Assembly (NCBI GenBank): GCA_002269645.1
Contig: NIVC01003803.1
Span: 1 to 64,000, forward strand
Source: Macrostomum lignano
Taxonomy: Eukaryota
DNA length: 64,000 nt
Reading direction: 5' to 3'
The notes beneath the pieces were generated by a model, which was given only the letters and a program-made list of their open reading frames with translations, was not told the DNA's origin and searched no databases. Made by a program: the position numbers and the translations under genes. Below are positions 30,441 through 43,043 of this stretch, in pieces (position 1 is the stretch's first letter; each line of letters begins with the position of its first letter).

Positions 30441-32605
30441 TCATTCGTCATCAGCGGCGCCAGCGCCAGCTGTTAGACATTCGCGCGCCTCGGCCAGCAG
30501 CTGCAGCAGCTCCGCTTTGGTCTCAGAGCTGAGTCTGGCGCCGCCGCCGCCTCCAACAGAGCTGCAGCCCAGAGCTCTGGCAAACTCAGCCAGCCGATCA
30601 ATCAGCACCTCATTGTCGGCAACGCATCGACGCAAATAGCGCAGCTCCGCTATGAGGCGCGCGCCGCGACTGCGCGCTTTCTCAAATAGGCGCAACAGAT
30701 TAGAGTAGAGCTGCTGCTTCTCCTCTCTGTAGCTGGTGTTGGGGGTGGCGCTGGCAGGCGGCGGGTCAGCTGATTCAGCGGCGCGCTTAGCCGGAGGCGA
30801 ATCCGACGCTGGCGGCGCCGGCGGTCGCTTCTTTGATGACGTCACCGACTGGACGTTCGCGATGGTTGGCTGTTGCAACAGCAACTGCTGCTGCTGCTGT
30901 TGTAATTGCAGTTGCTGCTGCAACAGAAGCATCTGCTGTTGCTGCTGCAGTCCCATAGGCGCTGCTGCTGCACCGGCTGTTGGCTGCAGGCCGCCTTGGG
31001 GAGCGATGAGCAAATTGACAGTGACGAGGCCTTGCGGAGTCTGGATCTGGGCCGGGATGGCGAAACTGGTCAGAGGCAGAGCAGCCGCAGAGGTGGAAGC
31101 GGCCGGGTTAGCGGCTAACAGCTGCGGCTGCTGCTGCGGACTGGACAGAACTGTCGGGGGTTCGAATTTTGTTACGCGAATCTCTTCGTCAGCAGCGGAG
31201 GCGGCATCGGCACCGAAGTTCTGCGGAGTGTACACGCATGAATTCTCAGATTAGAGATCAGAGGCTCATGTCAGTCAGTGCGTCAGTGAGTCAGTGGGTC
31301 AGCCAGTGGGTCAGTCAGTGGGTCAGTCAGTGGGTCAGTCAGTGGGTCAGTCAGTGGGTCAGTCAGTGGGTCAGTCAGTGGGTCAGTCAGTGGGTCAGTC
31401 AGTGGGTCAGTCAGTGGGTCAGTCAGTGGGTCAGTCAGTGGGTCAGTCAGTGGGTCAGTCAGTGGGTCAGTCAGTGGGTCAGTCAGTCAGTCAGTCAGTG
31501 GGACAGTCAGTGGGTCAGTCAGTGGGTCAGTCAGTCAGTCAGTCAGTCAGTCAGTCAGTCAGTCAGTCAGTCAGTGGGACAGTCAGTCAGTCAGTCAGTG
31601 GGTCAGTCAGTCAGTCAGTCAGTGGGTCAGTCAGTGGGTCAGTCAGTCAGTCAGTCAGTCAGTCAGTCAGTCAGTCAGTCAGTCAGTCAGTCAGTCAGTC
31701 AGTCAGTCAGTGGGACAGTCAGTGGGTCAGTCAGTGGGTCAGTCAGCCAGTCAGTCAGTCAGTCAGTCAGTCAGTCAGTCAGTCAGTGGGTCAGTCAGCC
31801 AGTCAGTCAGTCAGTCAGTCAGTCAGTCAGTCAGTCAGTCAGTCAGTGGGTCAGTCAGTTAGTCAGTCAGTGGGTCAGTCAGTCAGTCAGTCAGTCAGTC
31901 AGTCAGTCAGTCAGTCAGTCAGTCAGTCAGTGGGACAGTCAGTGGGTCAGTCAGTGGGTCAGTCAGCCAGTCAGTCAGTCAGTCAGTCAGTCAGTTAGTC
32001 AGTCAGTCAGTCAGTCAGCCAGTCAGTCAGTCAGTGGGTCAGTCAGTCAGTCAGTCAGTCAGTCAGTCAGTCAGTCAGTCAGTCAGTCAGTGGGTCAGTC
32101 AGTCAGTCAGTCAGTCAGTCAGTCAGTCAGTCAGTCAGTCAGTCAGTCAGTCAGTCAGTCAGTCAGTCAGTCAGTCAGTCAGTCAGTCAGTCAGTCAGTC
32201 AGTGGGACAGTCAGAACTGCACCTAATCAGTGAGTTACAGGTACTTACAGACTGACGCAGGCTGGAACCACCTGGCTCCTCTTCGTCATCGTCCGAGTCG
32301 CCTGTTCGGCGGCGGAGGGGTCGAGAGGTTGGCGACCCATTCGTTGGCGTCGGAGTTTGCTGTATCGACGAATTAGCTGACAGAGTACCTTCGGGATCGA
32401 CATCGTCGAACGGTTTTCTATCGACACTGTTTTCATCGTCATCATTGCCGTTGTGCGGACTGTCAGCGTCGGCTGCTGAAGATTCTTGAAGCTCGCGAAA
32501 TCTGTCAGCAACTAGACTTGACGGTTGCTGTTGCTGGGGGCTCAACTGAGGCGGGCCGTCTTGGCTGACGCTGTCTTCGTCTGATAGGGCCACGGGAACG
32601 TGCAT
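30441..32605 (-). CDS. Uncharacterised acidic/Q-rich protein with a C-terminal helical region; at least 2 exons (32605-32249, 31220-30441; about 378 aa if ATG 32605 is the start)
   Basis: GC-rich open frames, strong donor tct|gtaagt at 32249 and phase-compatible acceptor ccgcag|aac at 31220. The start is uncertain and the exons could belong to the lin-54 transcript. Confidence 0.65.
31265..32210. repeat. (CAGT)n microsatellite with (GTGGGTCAGTCA)n variants, intronic
   Basis: Direct observation; explains ORFs 31169-32233, 31294-31998 and 32034-32255. Confidence 0.97.
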
Positions 32606-32624
32606 GGCCTCGGCAGGAATTGTT

Positions 32625-34480
32625 TGAGGGCGATTCTGCAGGGTGTTTGAGGGTGATTTTTCTGGGTGTTTGAGGGCGATTCTGCAGGGTGTTTGAGGGT
32701 GATTTTTCTGGGTGTTTGAGGGCGATTCTGCAGGGTGTTTGAGGGTGATTTTTCTGGGTGTTTGAGGGCGATTCTTCTGGGTGTTCAAGTGCGATTCTTC
32801 TGGGTGTTTAAGTGCGATTCTTCTGGGTGTTTAAGTGCGATTCTTCCGGGTGTTTAAGGACGATTCTTCTAGGTGTTTAAGGGCGATTATTCTGCGTGTT
32901 TGAGGGCGATTCTTGTGGGTGTTTGAGGGCGATTCTTGTGGGTGTTTGAGGGCGATTCTTGTGGGTGTTTGAGGGCGATTCTTGTGGGTGTTTTAGGGCG
33001 ATTCTTGTGGGTGTTTAAGGGCGATTCTTGTGGGTGTTTAAGGGCGACTCTGCAGGGTGTTTAAGGGCGATTATTCTGCGTGTTTGAGGGCGATTCTTGT
33101 GGGTGTTTGAGGGCGATTCTTGTGGGTGTTTGAGGGCGATTCTTGTGGGTGTTTGAGGGCGATTCTTGTGGGTGTTTTAGGGCGATTCTTGTGGGTGTTT
33201 AAGGGCGATTCTTGTGGGTGTTTAAGGGCGACTCTGCAGGGTGTTTAAGGGCGATTCTTGTGGGTGTTTAAGGGCGACTCTGCAGGGTGTTTAAGGGCGA
33301 TTCTTGTGGGTGTTTGAGGGCGATTCTTGTGGGTGTTTTAGGGCGATTCTTGTGGGTGTTTTAGGGCGATTCTTGTGGGTGTTTAAGGGCGACTCTGCAG
33401 GGTGTTTAAGGGCGATTCTTCCTGAGATTCAGGGCGATTCTTCCGGGTGTTTAAGGACGATTCTTCTAGGTGTTTAAGGGCGATTATTCTGGGTGTTTTA
33501 GGGCGATTTTTCTGAGTGTTTAGGGCGATTCTTCTTGGTGTTTAGTGGCGATTCTTCCGGGTGTTTAAGGGCGATTTTTCTCTGAGTGTTTAGGGCGATT
33601 TTTCACTGAGTGTTTAGGGCGATTCTTCTGGGTGTTTAAGGGCGACTCTGCAGGGTGTTTAAGGGCGATTCTTGTGGGTGTTTGAGGGCGATTCTTGTGG
33701 GTGTTTTAGGGCGATTCTTGTGGGTGTTTTAGGGCGATTCTTGTGGGTGTTTAAGGGCGACTCTGCAGGGTGTTTAAGGGCGATTCTTCCTGAGATTCAG
33801 GGCGATTCTTCCGGGTGTTTAAGGACGATTCTTCTAGGTGTTTAAGGGCGATTATTCTGGGTGTTTTAGGGCGATTTTTCTGAGTGTTTAGGGCGATTCT
33901 TCTTGGTGTTTAGTGGCGATTCTTCCGGGTGTTTAAGGGCGATTTTTCTCTGAGTGTTTAGGGCGATTTTTCACTGAGTGTTTAGGGCGATTCTTCTGGG
34001 TGTTTAAGGGCGACTCTGCAGGGTGTTTAAGGGCGATTCTTGTGGGTGTTTGAGGGCGATTCTTGTGGGTGTTTTAGGGCGATTCTTGTGGGTGTTTTAG
34101 GGCGATTCTTGTGGGTGTTTAAGGGCGACTCTGCAGGGTGTTTAAGGGCGATTCTTCCTGAGATTCAGGGCGATTCTTCCGGGTGTTTAAGGACGATTCT
34201 TCTAGGTGTTTAAGGGCGATTATTCTGGGTGTTTTAGGGCGATTTTTCTGAGTGTTTAGGGCGATTCTTCTTGGTGTTTAGTGGCGATTCTTCCGGGTGT
34301 TTAAGGGCGATTTTTCTCTGAGTGTTTAGGGCGATTTTTCACTTAGTGTTTAGGGCGATTCTTCTGGGTGTTTAAGTGCGATTCTTCTGGGTGTCTGAGG
34401 GCGATTTTCTGGGTGTTTAAGTGCGATTCTTCTGGGTGTCTGAGGGCGATTTTCTGGGTGTTTAAGGGCGATTCTTCTGG
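32625..34480. repeat. About 23-bp satellite (gggtgtttRagggcgattcttgt) with 368-bp higher-order periodicity
   Basis: The variant cctgagattcagggcg recurs at 33421, 33789 and 34157. Confidence 0.93.
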
Positions 34481-35134
34481 TGGAGTGGAGTTTTTGAATT
34501 GCTGGAATGCTTTAGGAGCAATTCCTCAGGAAAAAAAGAAACAATAAGACGTGAAGACAATGAAGCTTCATGTCAGTTCATGACTAATTTAAGAACCCGA
34601 ACAATTAAAACAGAATAATATATTTGTGATACCCAGTTTTGATAAACAACTGTAAATAGCGACAGACAAGATACAACAGAGAGAATGTATTTAGCAAAAT
34701 AATTCACAGTAAATTATTAAAAAAGCACAAAAACTGCCAACTGGCTACTTAACAGAATATTTAGTTTATAGTAATATAGTATACAAGAAAGTGCACAATA
34801 AAAGTAGCTAAAATGTGTGCAATTAATGGCATAATGTTAAACTGATTCTTAGAAGTATATACACCAAAAAATTGAAATAAGATGTTATTAATAGAAAAAT
34901 AAGTTTCAGACACGCCAGTGAATGCTTACAAGAGCTGCACTTTTCGGAGGGCATCATAGAATTATATAACCGGTTGATTTAGAGGTTTGGGGACGCTATC
35001 AACTACTGAATAGTAAGTAGTAAAGCGAAACAAATGAAAGTTATCAATCAACACAATCATTATTTTTATTATTATGGAAAGTTAGCAAACAAGAAATTCA
35101 TGCATTTTGTATAAGAACGCCAACTATTTGGAGG

Positions 35135-35600
35135 GTAAAATGGGAGATTTTAGGTAGGGTAATAAATGGAAGATATTAGGGAGAATAATGAATGGGAGAT
35201 TTTAGGGAGGATGATAAATGGGAGATTTTAGGGTGGGTAATAAATGGGAGACTTTAGGCAAGGTAAATTGGGAGATTTTAGGAAAGGTGAAATGGGAGTT
35301 TTAGAGAGGGTAAATGGGAGATTTTAGGGAGGGTAAATGGGAGATTTTAGGGAGGGTAAATGGGAGATTTTAGGGAGGGTAAATGGGAGATTTTAGGGAG
35401 GGTAAAATGGGAGATTTTAGGAAGGGTTAATTGGGAGATTTTAGGAAGGGTAAATTGTAGATTTTAGGGAAGGTGAAATGGGAGATTTTAGCCAGGGAAT
35501 AAATGGGAGATTTTAGGGAGGGTAAATGGGAGATTTTAGGGAAGGTGAAATGTGAGATTTTAGCGAGGGTAATAAATGGGAGATTTTAGGGAAGGTAAAA
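35135..35600. repeat. About 23-bp G-rich repeat (gggagattttagggagggtaaat)
   Basis: Direct observation. Confidence 0.9.
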
Positions 35601-35788
35601 AAGCGTTTTTAGGAAGAGTCAAGATTGAAAATAGTGATGATTTTACCTGATAAGCTTACATGTTGAAATTTGCAAAAATGTCAATAACAATACATTGAAT
35701 GATACGAATTTTAAACATAAAGACAGCTTACTTAAAGTGAAAAAACTGTTATTTAGACAGTCATAGCTGGTTACTAAAGCAGAGCAAA

Positions 35789-37331
35789 TCAAATAACATC
35801 AACGATAACCACCTGTTCAGACTTCATGTGGCCGCCAAAGTCCAGAGACTGCTGTTGAAGCCCGAGACTGGCGCCGCTGCCGCCGGGGCCGGAAGCTCCG
35901 ACGGGCAGACCGGAAGTGACGGCAGCAGTGGCGGCGGCGGCAGATGAGCTGCCAGCTCCGCCAATGTCGCTCTGCCGATGGTGATGAAAAGAAGACACGT
36001 GATGCGAACCGGACATTGCGCCGGCAGTCACCGGCCTACTGCTAGCGGCGCCTTCAATCGCCTGTTGAAGACAATCGCCGAATTCTTGCAGGATTGCGCG
36101 CTCCTGAGCGGCTGGCAGGTCTTCGGCTTTGTCAGCGAGATCGGCCCTGTTCACCAGGCAGGAGGCGACGCCTTCCAGCACCGGCTTGGTCAGAAAGTCG
36201 GCCACCGTGCTGACGGGGTGGTGAGGGTTAGGGCGATTCTCAATGATATTTTAGGGGCGATTCTCAATGATATTTTAGGGACGATTCTCAATGAGACTTT
36301 AGGGGCGATTCTCAATGATATTTTAGGGACGATTCTCAATGAGATTTTAGGGGCGATTCTCAATGATATTTTAGGGACGATTCTCAATGAGATTTTAGGG
36401 GCAATTCTCAATGATATTTTAGGGACGATTCTCAATGATATTTTAGGGGCGATTCTCAATGATATTTTAGGGACGATTCTCAATGAGACTTTAGGGGCGA
36501 TTCTAAATGAGACTTTAGGGGCGATTCTCAATAGTTTATTGGGTGCGAAGCGATTCTCAATGGTTTATTGGGGGAGATTCTCAAGAGCTGCAAATCCCAG
36601 ACAAAAAGGAAACAAGGGCCCCACTCTCACTTGTCAGTCGGGCGCTCATTACGGCGGTAGCCAGTCTCCGGCGGCGCCGTCTTATTCGTGGCCTCCATAA
36701 ACTTGTTCAAGCAGCGCCGGTGCACGCTCTCCTCAGTGTTCTTGCAGCCCTGGCAGCGGCACATGTTAGTGCAACTAATCTTGGCCTCAAAGCATTCGCA
36801 ATAGTTTTTCAGGCAGCCGCTTCGCTTACAGTTGCAGCCTTTGTTGTGCCGGCGTTCGCCTTCGCCTTTGCCAATTTTCGGATGAAATGCGAATGGATTT
36901 CGATTGAGCACAGATTTAATAGCCTTCTGCCTGACCTGCTCAAAGTCCAGATTATTCATGCAACCATTGCAATTGCAGTTATGGCACAGCTGGCCCTCAG
37001 AGAAGCATTCGCAATAGAGCTTCAAGCAGTGGCTCTTGTTGCAATTGCAGCCGCGAAACTCCCCGGATGGTTGACCTGAGGCGGCTGCGGCGGTGTTGGC
37101 CTGATAGAAATTTCTAGGAATCCTGGGCTCAGACCGTTTCCTAGACAGAGAACCATAGGAGATCGGATTGTAAATTGCCTGCTGCTGCTGTTGCTGAGGC
37201 GTCTGCTGCAGATGGTGGATACCAGAGCCAGAGGCATCCGACATCACCATGTACTGCAGCTGACCATCGGACTCATCTGCTAGTACCATACTAGGCCGGA
37301 TAATTTCACTGTGCTGCACTAAGCGCTGCAT
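35789..37331 (-). CDS. LIN54: Lin-54/tesmin-family CRC (CXC) domain protein, DREAM/MuvB subunit; exons 37331-36631 and 36209-35789 (about 373 aa)
   Basis: Two CXC motifs ([16 protein letters not shown]; [22 protein letters not shown]) joined by [10 protein letters not shown]; C-terminal [15 protein letters not shown]...[12 protein letters not shown]. Splice aa|gtgag...ccgtcag|c is phase-compatible. N- and C-termini could extend. Confidence 0.92.
36228..36560. repeat. 24-bp minisatellite (ttagggRcgattctcaatgatatt), lin-54 intron
   Basis: Direct periodicity. Confidence 0.93.
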
Positions 37332-37942
37332 TGTTGCTTTTACAATTGGCGATTATCTTTGATCAACTGATTGAGTAAAGATTGATAGCTTTTTGGCTGA
37401 GACTAGTTAACCATGAATACAATGATTATTTGTTAATTACCTGTAGAATATATGAAACTGATTGATCACATAATTAGCAACAAATAATTCTGCCCATTCT
37501 ACTGACTTTTAAGCACATATATATGGTGTACAATGGCTTTGTATCCTAAAGTGTGTCAAAACAAAGTACAGGTATATAATTACTTATACAATTTCTATTA
37601 TTTATTTATATATTAGAAAGCAAAAAATAGTTAAAAGAGCAATTTAACAAAAATTATAATAAAAGTTTATATATTAGCAAATATTTCATAAGGTAAATTT
37701 ATTTATATACAATGTTAAAAAAATCAAAGTCAAACCATAAAATATCAAAATCAAGGGTTTAAAAATAACATTGTCTATTCTAAATTAAGGAGAATTCTTC
37801 CTATTAACCATTTTATACATGCACAACCTCCAAAATTCAGTCAGCCATGCGACTTTTTTTAAACAAAAAATGCAACATTGTTTTTGGCCAAAGATGCGAC
37901 TTACATGTAGAAGAAACCCTAAGGCAAAATTAACACAACTTT

Positions 37943-37989
37943 GGGTAAACGGCGGGAGTAACTATGACTGTATATTGCCTCGTTATCTA
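37943..37989 (+). other. 28S rRNA helix-69-region-like motif, copy 2 (about 600 bp upstream of the lin-54 ATG)
   Basis: 27-nt exact match to recalled 28S GGGTAAACGGCGGGAGTAACTATGACT, then gtatat in place of CTCTTAAGGTAGCCAAA, then tgcctcgttatcta (28S TGCCTCGTCATCTA). Confidence 0.85.
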
Positions 37990-40659
37990 CGTAGTACTAC
38001 TTTGGTATTTATTCAGGTGGGCATTTTTGCGACTTTCCTTGATTGGCCGCCTGTTGCGCATTTATGAATCATTTCATTTTTCTCTCAATCAATTTTCTTT
38101 CATCTAAACAATACCCACTATTGGTAGAAAGGATAGAACAACAATGCACTTGTTAAGGGTCTAACTTAATTACCTATCTATACCTAAAAAATAAAACTCC
38201 CTCTCCCTCTATGTGTATATATACTCGTACAATGTGTTTGCTAAGGACTCCCAAACCACTTAACCAAATGTCACCAAATTTTGCATGTACCCTAAATGCA
38301 CATCTCACTACAGAGAATGTCTATACTATATAAAAATTTCTTAAATTCAATTTTTTGTATGTAAAAAAAGCAAAAACTGCTTAAAAGACATGATTTTTTT
38401 TCCCAATTCTCCATAGCATTGTTCTACTTATACCTTTTACCAATCCTACTAAAATTTGACACAACAATATTAAACTATTGTGATGCAATCATACAAACTT
38501 TGTCTCAAAGTTAATCCTAAATGGCATTATGCACTTTTAAACTTTGTCTAGTTTCTGTCAGCCTATTAACCACTCCAACCTCTGCCTCTCTCTTTCCTTT
38601 ATCTGGCTAGTATAAAAAGGTAGTAAGAAAATAAATGCTAACAAAAACATATAATACAATTTTTCTTTTCAGCCAATGCATTTTGTCAATCATAAGATAT
38701 TGTTAGGGCCAATTCAATTCAACTCAATGCAATACACTCATTATATTTAAAAGCAAACTGTATAGTCCAAAGGCAAGTCAAGACAATCTGGTAGAATTTG
38801 AAGAGAGTCTAAGTATAGAATGAAGGGAAGGAGAGAAAATAGACATGACACTGCTCATAGTACTCTGAGCTCACATTCTACCCCATTGCTAGCTAGCTAC
38901 ATATTCAAGTTGGGTTTGTGCATTCTGATATATTTCAATAATAATCTTGAGCTTATGGTCAAATTTGCACCTATCTAACACTTTGAAGAGCTAAATTGGT
39001 TCACTGTCACATTTTTACAAACAAGCAGATGGTCATTAATTGCAGAGCTTTTTAGCCAATGTTCCCTAGCTCTAATGTGCAGGTGTTGCTTTGTTTTTCC
39101 AATACAAGAAATGCCTTGATCTTCAGAGTAGCAAAATTGGTAAACAACACCAGCCCTACACTTTAGAACAAGTGGAACAGCTGACTTAAGCCTATTAGCA
39201 TAGCAGCCAATCTTTTCAGTGCAAAAAAACAGTCTAAACAGTGCATTTAAGCCATTAGCTAAATGTTTTTTTCAATTTTTTTTCTCGAAGTCAAGAAAAA
39301 TGCCACAAAAAAGAACCATCACAGCATCCCTGGAGTTCCTGGGACTTTCCTAGGACTAACCTTTTTTCTCCTCAATCTTGTTTTCTCTCTTTATCTTCAA
39401 TAAAAATTTAGACAATTTTTATCTTAAACAAAACAAAAGGAATAGAAAAAGAAAGATATAAGCAAAAAGAAAGGTGAGAGGAGAGGAAAAATAAGATAGA
39501 AAAAGAGTAAAAAAGGAGAAAAGTCTAAAGATCCTAAATCATAATTTAATATGCAATTTTATTTATCCTCATCCTAACTATTAATAACTATTTATTTGAG
39601 CATGATTTTAGATTTAATAATATATGCAAAATAGTTCTAAGGCTTAGAAATTAGCAGCTTCAAAATCTATTAGAATGTTATATAAAGCTGTTATTATATT
39701 TTGATCATACATTGGAACTTTTACACCATAGAGATAGAAGCAAAGAATGATCTTATCTAATTTTATGATGACTTTATAGAATAGGCACTATATGTTTCAA
39801 TAGCTTATATAGGCCTTATATAGAATAAAAAGCAAATATAAATTATAAAAAAAGATTTTTTTACAAGTAATAGCCTACTGTTTTAGTCTTATTAAGGCCT
39901 TATACAATATATCTAGCTTTTATTAAGATAATAATAGGCCTACATAATATAATTTTATATGGACATTAGACAATAAAATATACTATAGAATATAGAGGAA
40001 ACAATATAGTAAATTAGGCTCCTAGGTCTATTTTTTCCATTCTTAATCAACTTTATATAGCTTTTATATATTATACATATAGGCCTATTATGTATATTAG
40101 ATTAAATTTAAATTATGACAAAATATTTACTAGACCTATCTTTATTTTAAATTAGCAATTTAGATTTATTACCTCCAATCAAGAAAATAACTTTTAATAT
40201 ACTAGAATAAACCTGTGCCCTATATATATTAATTACAAGAGGAAAAAATTCAAAGTCATTAGTATGTAGCAAAACAAAATATTTTTCTATATTTCCTAAA
40301 TACACTTTGTCTTTAAACTAGTTTAGGTCTATACTATTAGGTGTATACACAATATTACAAGCTGTTGAAACCCACGGATTTTGAACCCAAGGAATTCCAA
40401 TCCCTGGAACTACTTTTGCATGTATTCTGAAATCTAAGGCCATACACAAACAAAAACTTGTTAATAGTTAATAGGATAGAGGTAGACATAAAATGGAGCA
40501 CATTTGTGTAAAATTAGGGTTTGAGGCAAACATTGATCTTGTTGGCTGGGGTACTGCACAGAATGTCAGGCAATGTCTGTTTGACTCTAAAACATGTATT
40601 TGCAAAATCTGGCCTCTCCTGACTCTCCCTATGTCCTTTGGATCCTTTAAAATTTCTAT

Positions 40660-40722
40660 CGCCTCTTCTGTTTCTTCTCTTCTCTCTTGTCCCTTGTCTC
40701 TCCTCTCTCCCCTCTTCTCTTG

Positions 40723-40792
<70 letters not shown>

Positions 40793-41450
40793 GCTCTCTC
40801 TCTTTCTCTCTCTCTCTGTCTGTCTTTCTTTCTCCATTTTCCTCTTTCCTCTCCTCTCTCCTCACTCACTTCTTTACCTTCGTCTCTCCTTTCTCCTCTC
40901 GTCTTTGTAATCTTTCCTCTGTTCTCTCTACTCTCCCATCTTTCATCTGTTCACTCTCATCTCTGCTCTCTCATCCTCCTTTTTAATCTGGCATCTCTGT
41001 CTTATATGTTCTCTCACCTCTCTCCTCTGTACTCTTTTCTTTCCCCTCTTTTGACTCCTTACTTTCCTTTCTCCTTTCTTCTTTTCTCTTCTCTACCCTT
41101 TTCTATACTCTGCCTCCCTCTCTTCTCTCTCTCTCTCTCCACTCCTCTCTCCTTTATCTCTCATCTCTCCTTCCACCTTTCTCATCTCTACAACCTTAAA
41201 GATGTAGAGATATATCTTTGTCTCTTCTCTCTTCCCTTTACTCTCTCATCTCTTCTTTCACCACTTTCCTCTCTGCTGTCTTTTCTCTCCTCTCATCTGC
41301 AGCTCTCTGCTCTCTCATCTCTACTCTCTCCCCTTTTCGTCCTCTCTCTCTCATTGTCCTCATCTCTCATCTCTCCTATTATCTTTTATCAGTTCTTTTA
41401 TCCCCTCTTGTCGCCTCTCCTCTTTTCGAATTGTCTGTTCCTTCTTTTTT
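40660..41450. repeat. Polypyrimidine tract including (CT)n
   Basis: Direct observation; explains the S/L-rich and RE-rich ORFs. Confidence 0.92.
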
Positions 41451-42801
41451 CCACTTTCATCTGCCTTTCAGCTATGAGCTGGATTCTTTATCTGGCCTTT
41501 GAGGTAAAATTCTGCCCATCACTGCTTGGAAAGCCAGTTTGTGGGACATAGTACTCTCATGGTTGTTCTCATGCTTTGATCACATCATCTTTCTTGCCAA
41601 TTTGCAGCCCTGAAAGGAATGTGTATCTTCAGCTCCACTGCAATTTGCATCAGTCTAACAACCAAGGAAATATGCATTTCTTAGGAGGCCATTTAAAATT
41701 TACGCAATACCTTTAAAAGAAACCTAAAATTTCTATGGTGTGCCTAATTTAGTAGGGTTGTATTGCATTGCATCACATCGCCTTTTTATAAATCTTTTGC
41801 TTTTACAAACCATGCTGGATTCCCTTGATTTGCCAATTGCCATCCACTGTTAAGCTTCTGCAAAGTTTGCCAATATAGAGGGGAAGGTAGTGGTTAGAAT
41901 TTCTCACTAAACTGTTATAGATAGCTAAACGTAGCCTCTCTACTCTTAGGTTGCAGAGAAGGCTATAAATAAAGTTATTCCAAAACACTGTACATTTGCT
42001 ATGTACATTTAGTCCTATTGCCCAACCCTTTGTCTGGCTCTGGAGGAATGAATGAGTAAAGTGGCACAAACAACAGAAAAAGCATACAAACTTTACACGC
42101 TTACAGTTTTTCTGAATGAGTTACAGAGTTGTAACTTTACATTTTGACAGAGAATGAGTCAATGAAGAATTGTGTCAAGTTTGAAGTTGATCGCTTCATG
42201 TGGAGCAAACTTATGGCAGCTGAAAGTTAGTCAATTTTGAAACCCTTTTACATATCTGGGCCTAGATTAGGATTGGGAAAGAGAGGCAGGTGGGCGGAGG
42301 TTGGGGTGGTTGCTATGCTGAAAAAAACAGCCTAACTTTAAAAGTGCACAGCACTGCTCAAGATTAACTTTGAGACCCAAAATTTTACATGATTGTGCCA
42401 AAATAGTTGAAGATTGTCTGTGTCAAATTTGAAGAGAATCAATAGAAGTGGAGTGGCACTATGGAGGATTTAGTGAAAAAATTGCGCATTTTAAGCAGTT
42501 TTTTGTACTTTTAGGTAGGAAGACTTGAATCTAGGAAATTTAAAGGTAGCCTAAGACATTCTCCATAGTAAGTTTAGGGTGGGTGTAAAGTTTGGTATAA
42601 TTTGGTTGAGCGGTTTGGGAGTCTATAGCAATTAAAATTGTCTACAGACAGACAAACAGATACAGAGTTTTGATTTTTACATATAGATTTTTATGCAATA
42701 TTTAAAAAAATATATATTTAATTTAAAACATCCACTGAAAAAAGTTTTGTGACAATAAGTCAATAGTGATTCAAAAGGCAAAGTAGTTTTGCACTTGAAT
42801 A

Positions 42802-43043
42802 GGCGGTGTAGGACCAAGACCGCCACACACCAAGACCACCACACTTGGGGAGCTAAGGGAGAAATTTGAATTTATGTGTTATTAGATAGTGCTAGAGAGG
42901 AGATGAGTGGGTAGGAGAGCCAGCAGTGAGAAAAGAACCTATGAGAGGAATAGCACTGCTAGAAGATTGGTAGCTCCCCCTCAATACCAGTAGCCAGTAA
43001 TAGCTGTGGTGGTCTTGGTGTGTGGCAGTCTTAGTCATGCGCC
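42802..43043. mobile_element. MITE with about 40-bp imperfect TIRs
   Basis: ggcg...aagaccgccacacaccaagaccaccaca / tgtggtggtcttggtgtgtggcagtctt...cgcc; gaata flanks both sides (42797-42801, 43044-43048). Confidence 0.75.

Noticed and set aside
29187-30444. Three long ORFs (361-407 aa) resembling mucin or antifreeze-like repeat proteins
   Set aside because: They are products of a 24-bp stop-free tandem unit, open on both strands, with no unique coding flanks.
37943-37989. A genuine rRNA gene
   Set aside because: Similarity to 28S is limited to under 65 bp per copy with no flanking rDNA.
40468-41551. 352-aa Leu/Ser-rich ORF and RE-repeat ORFs
   Set aside because: Low-complexity CT-rich DNA lacks stop codons by composition.
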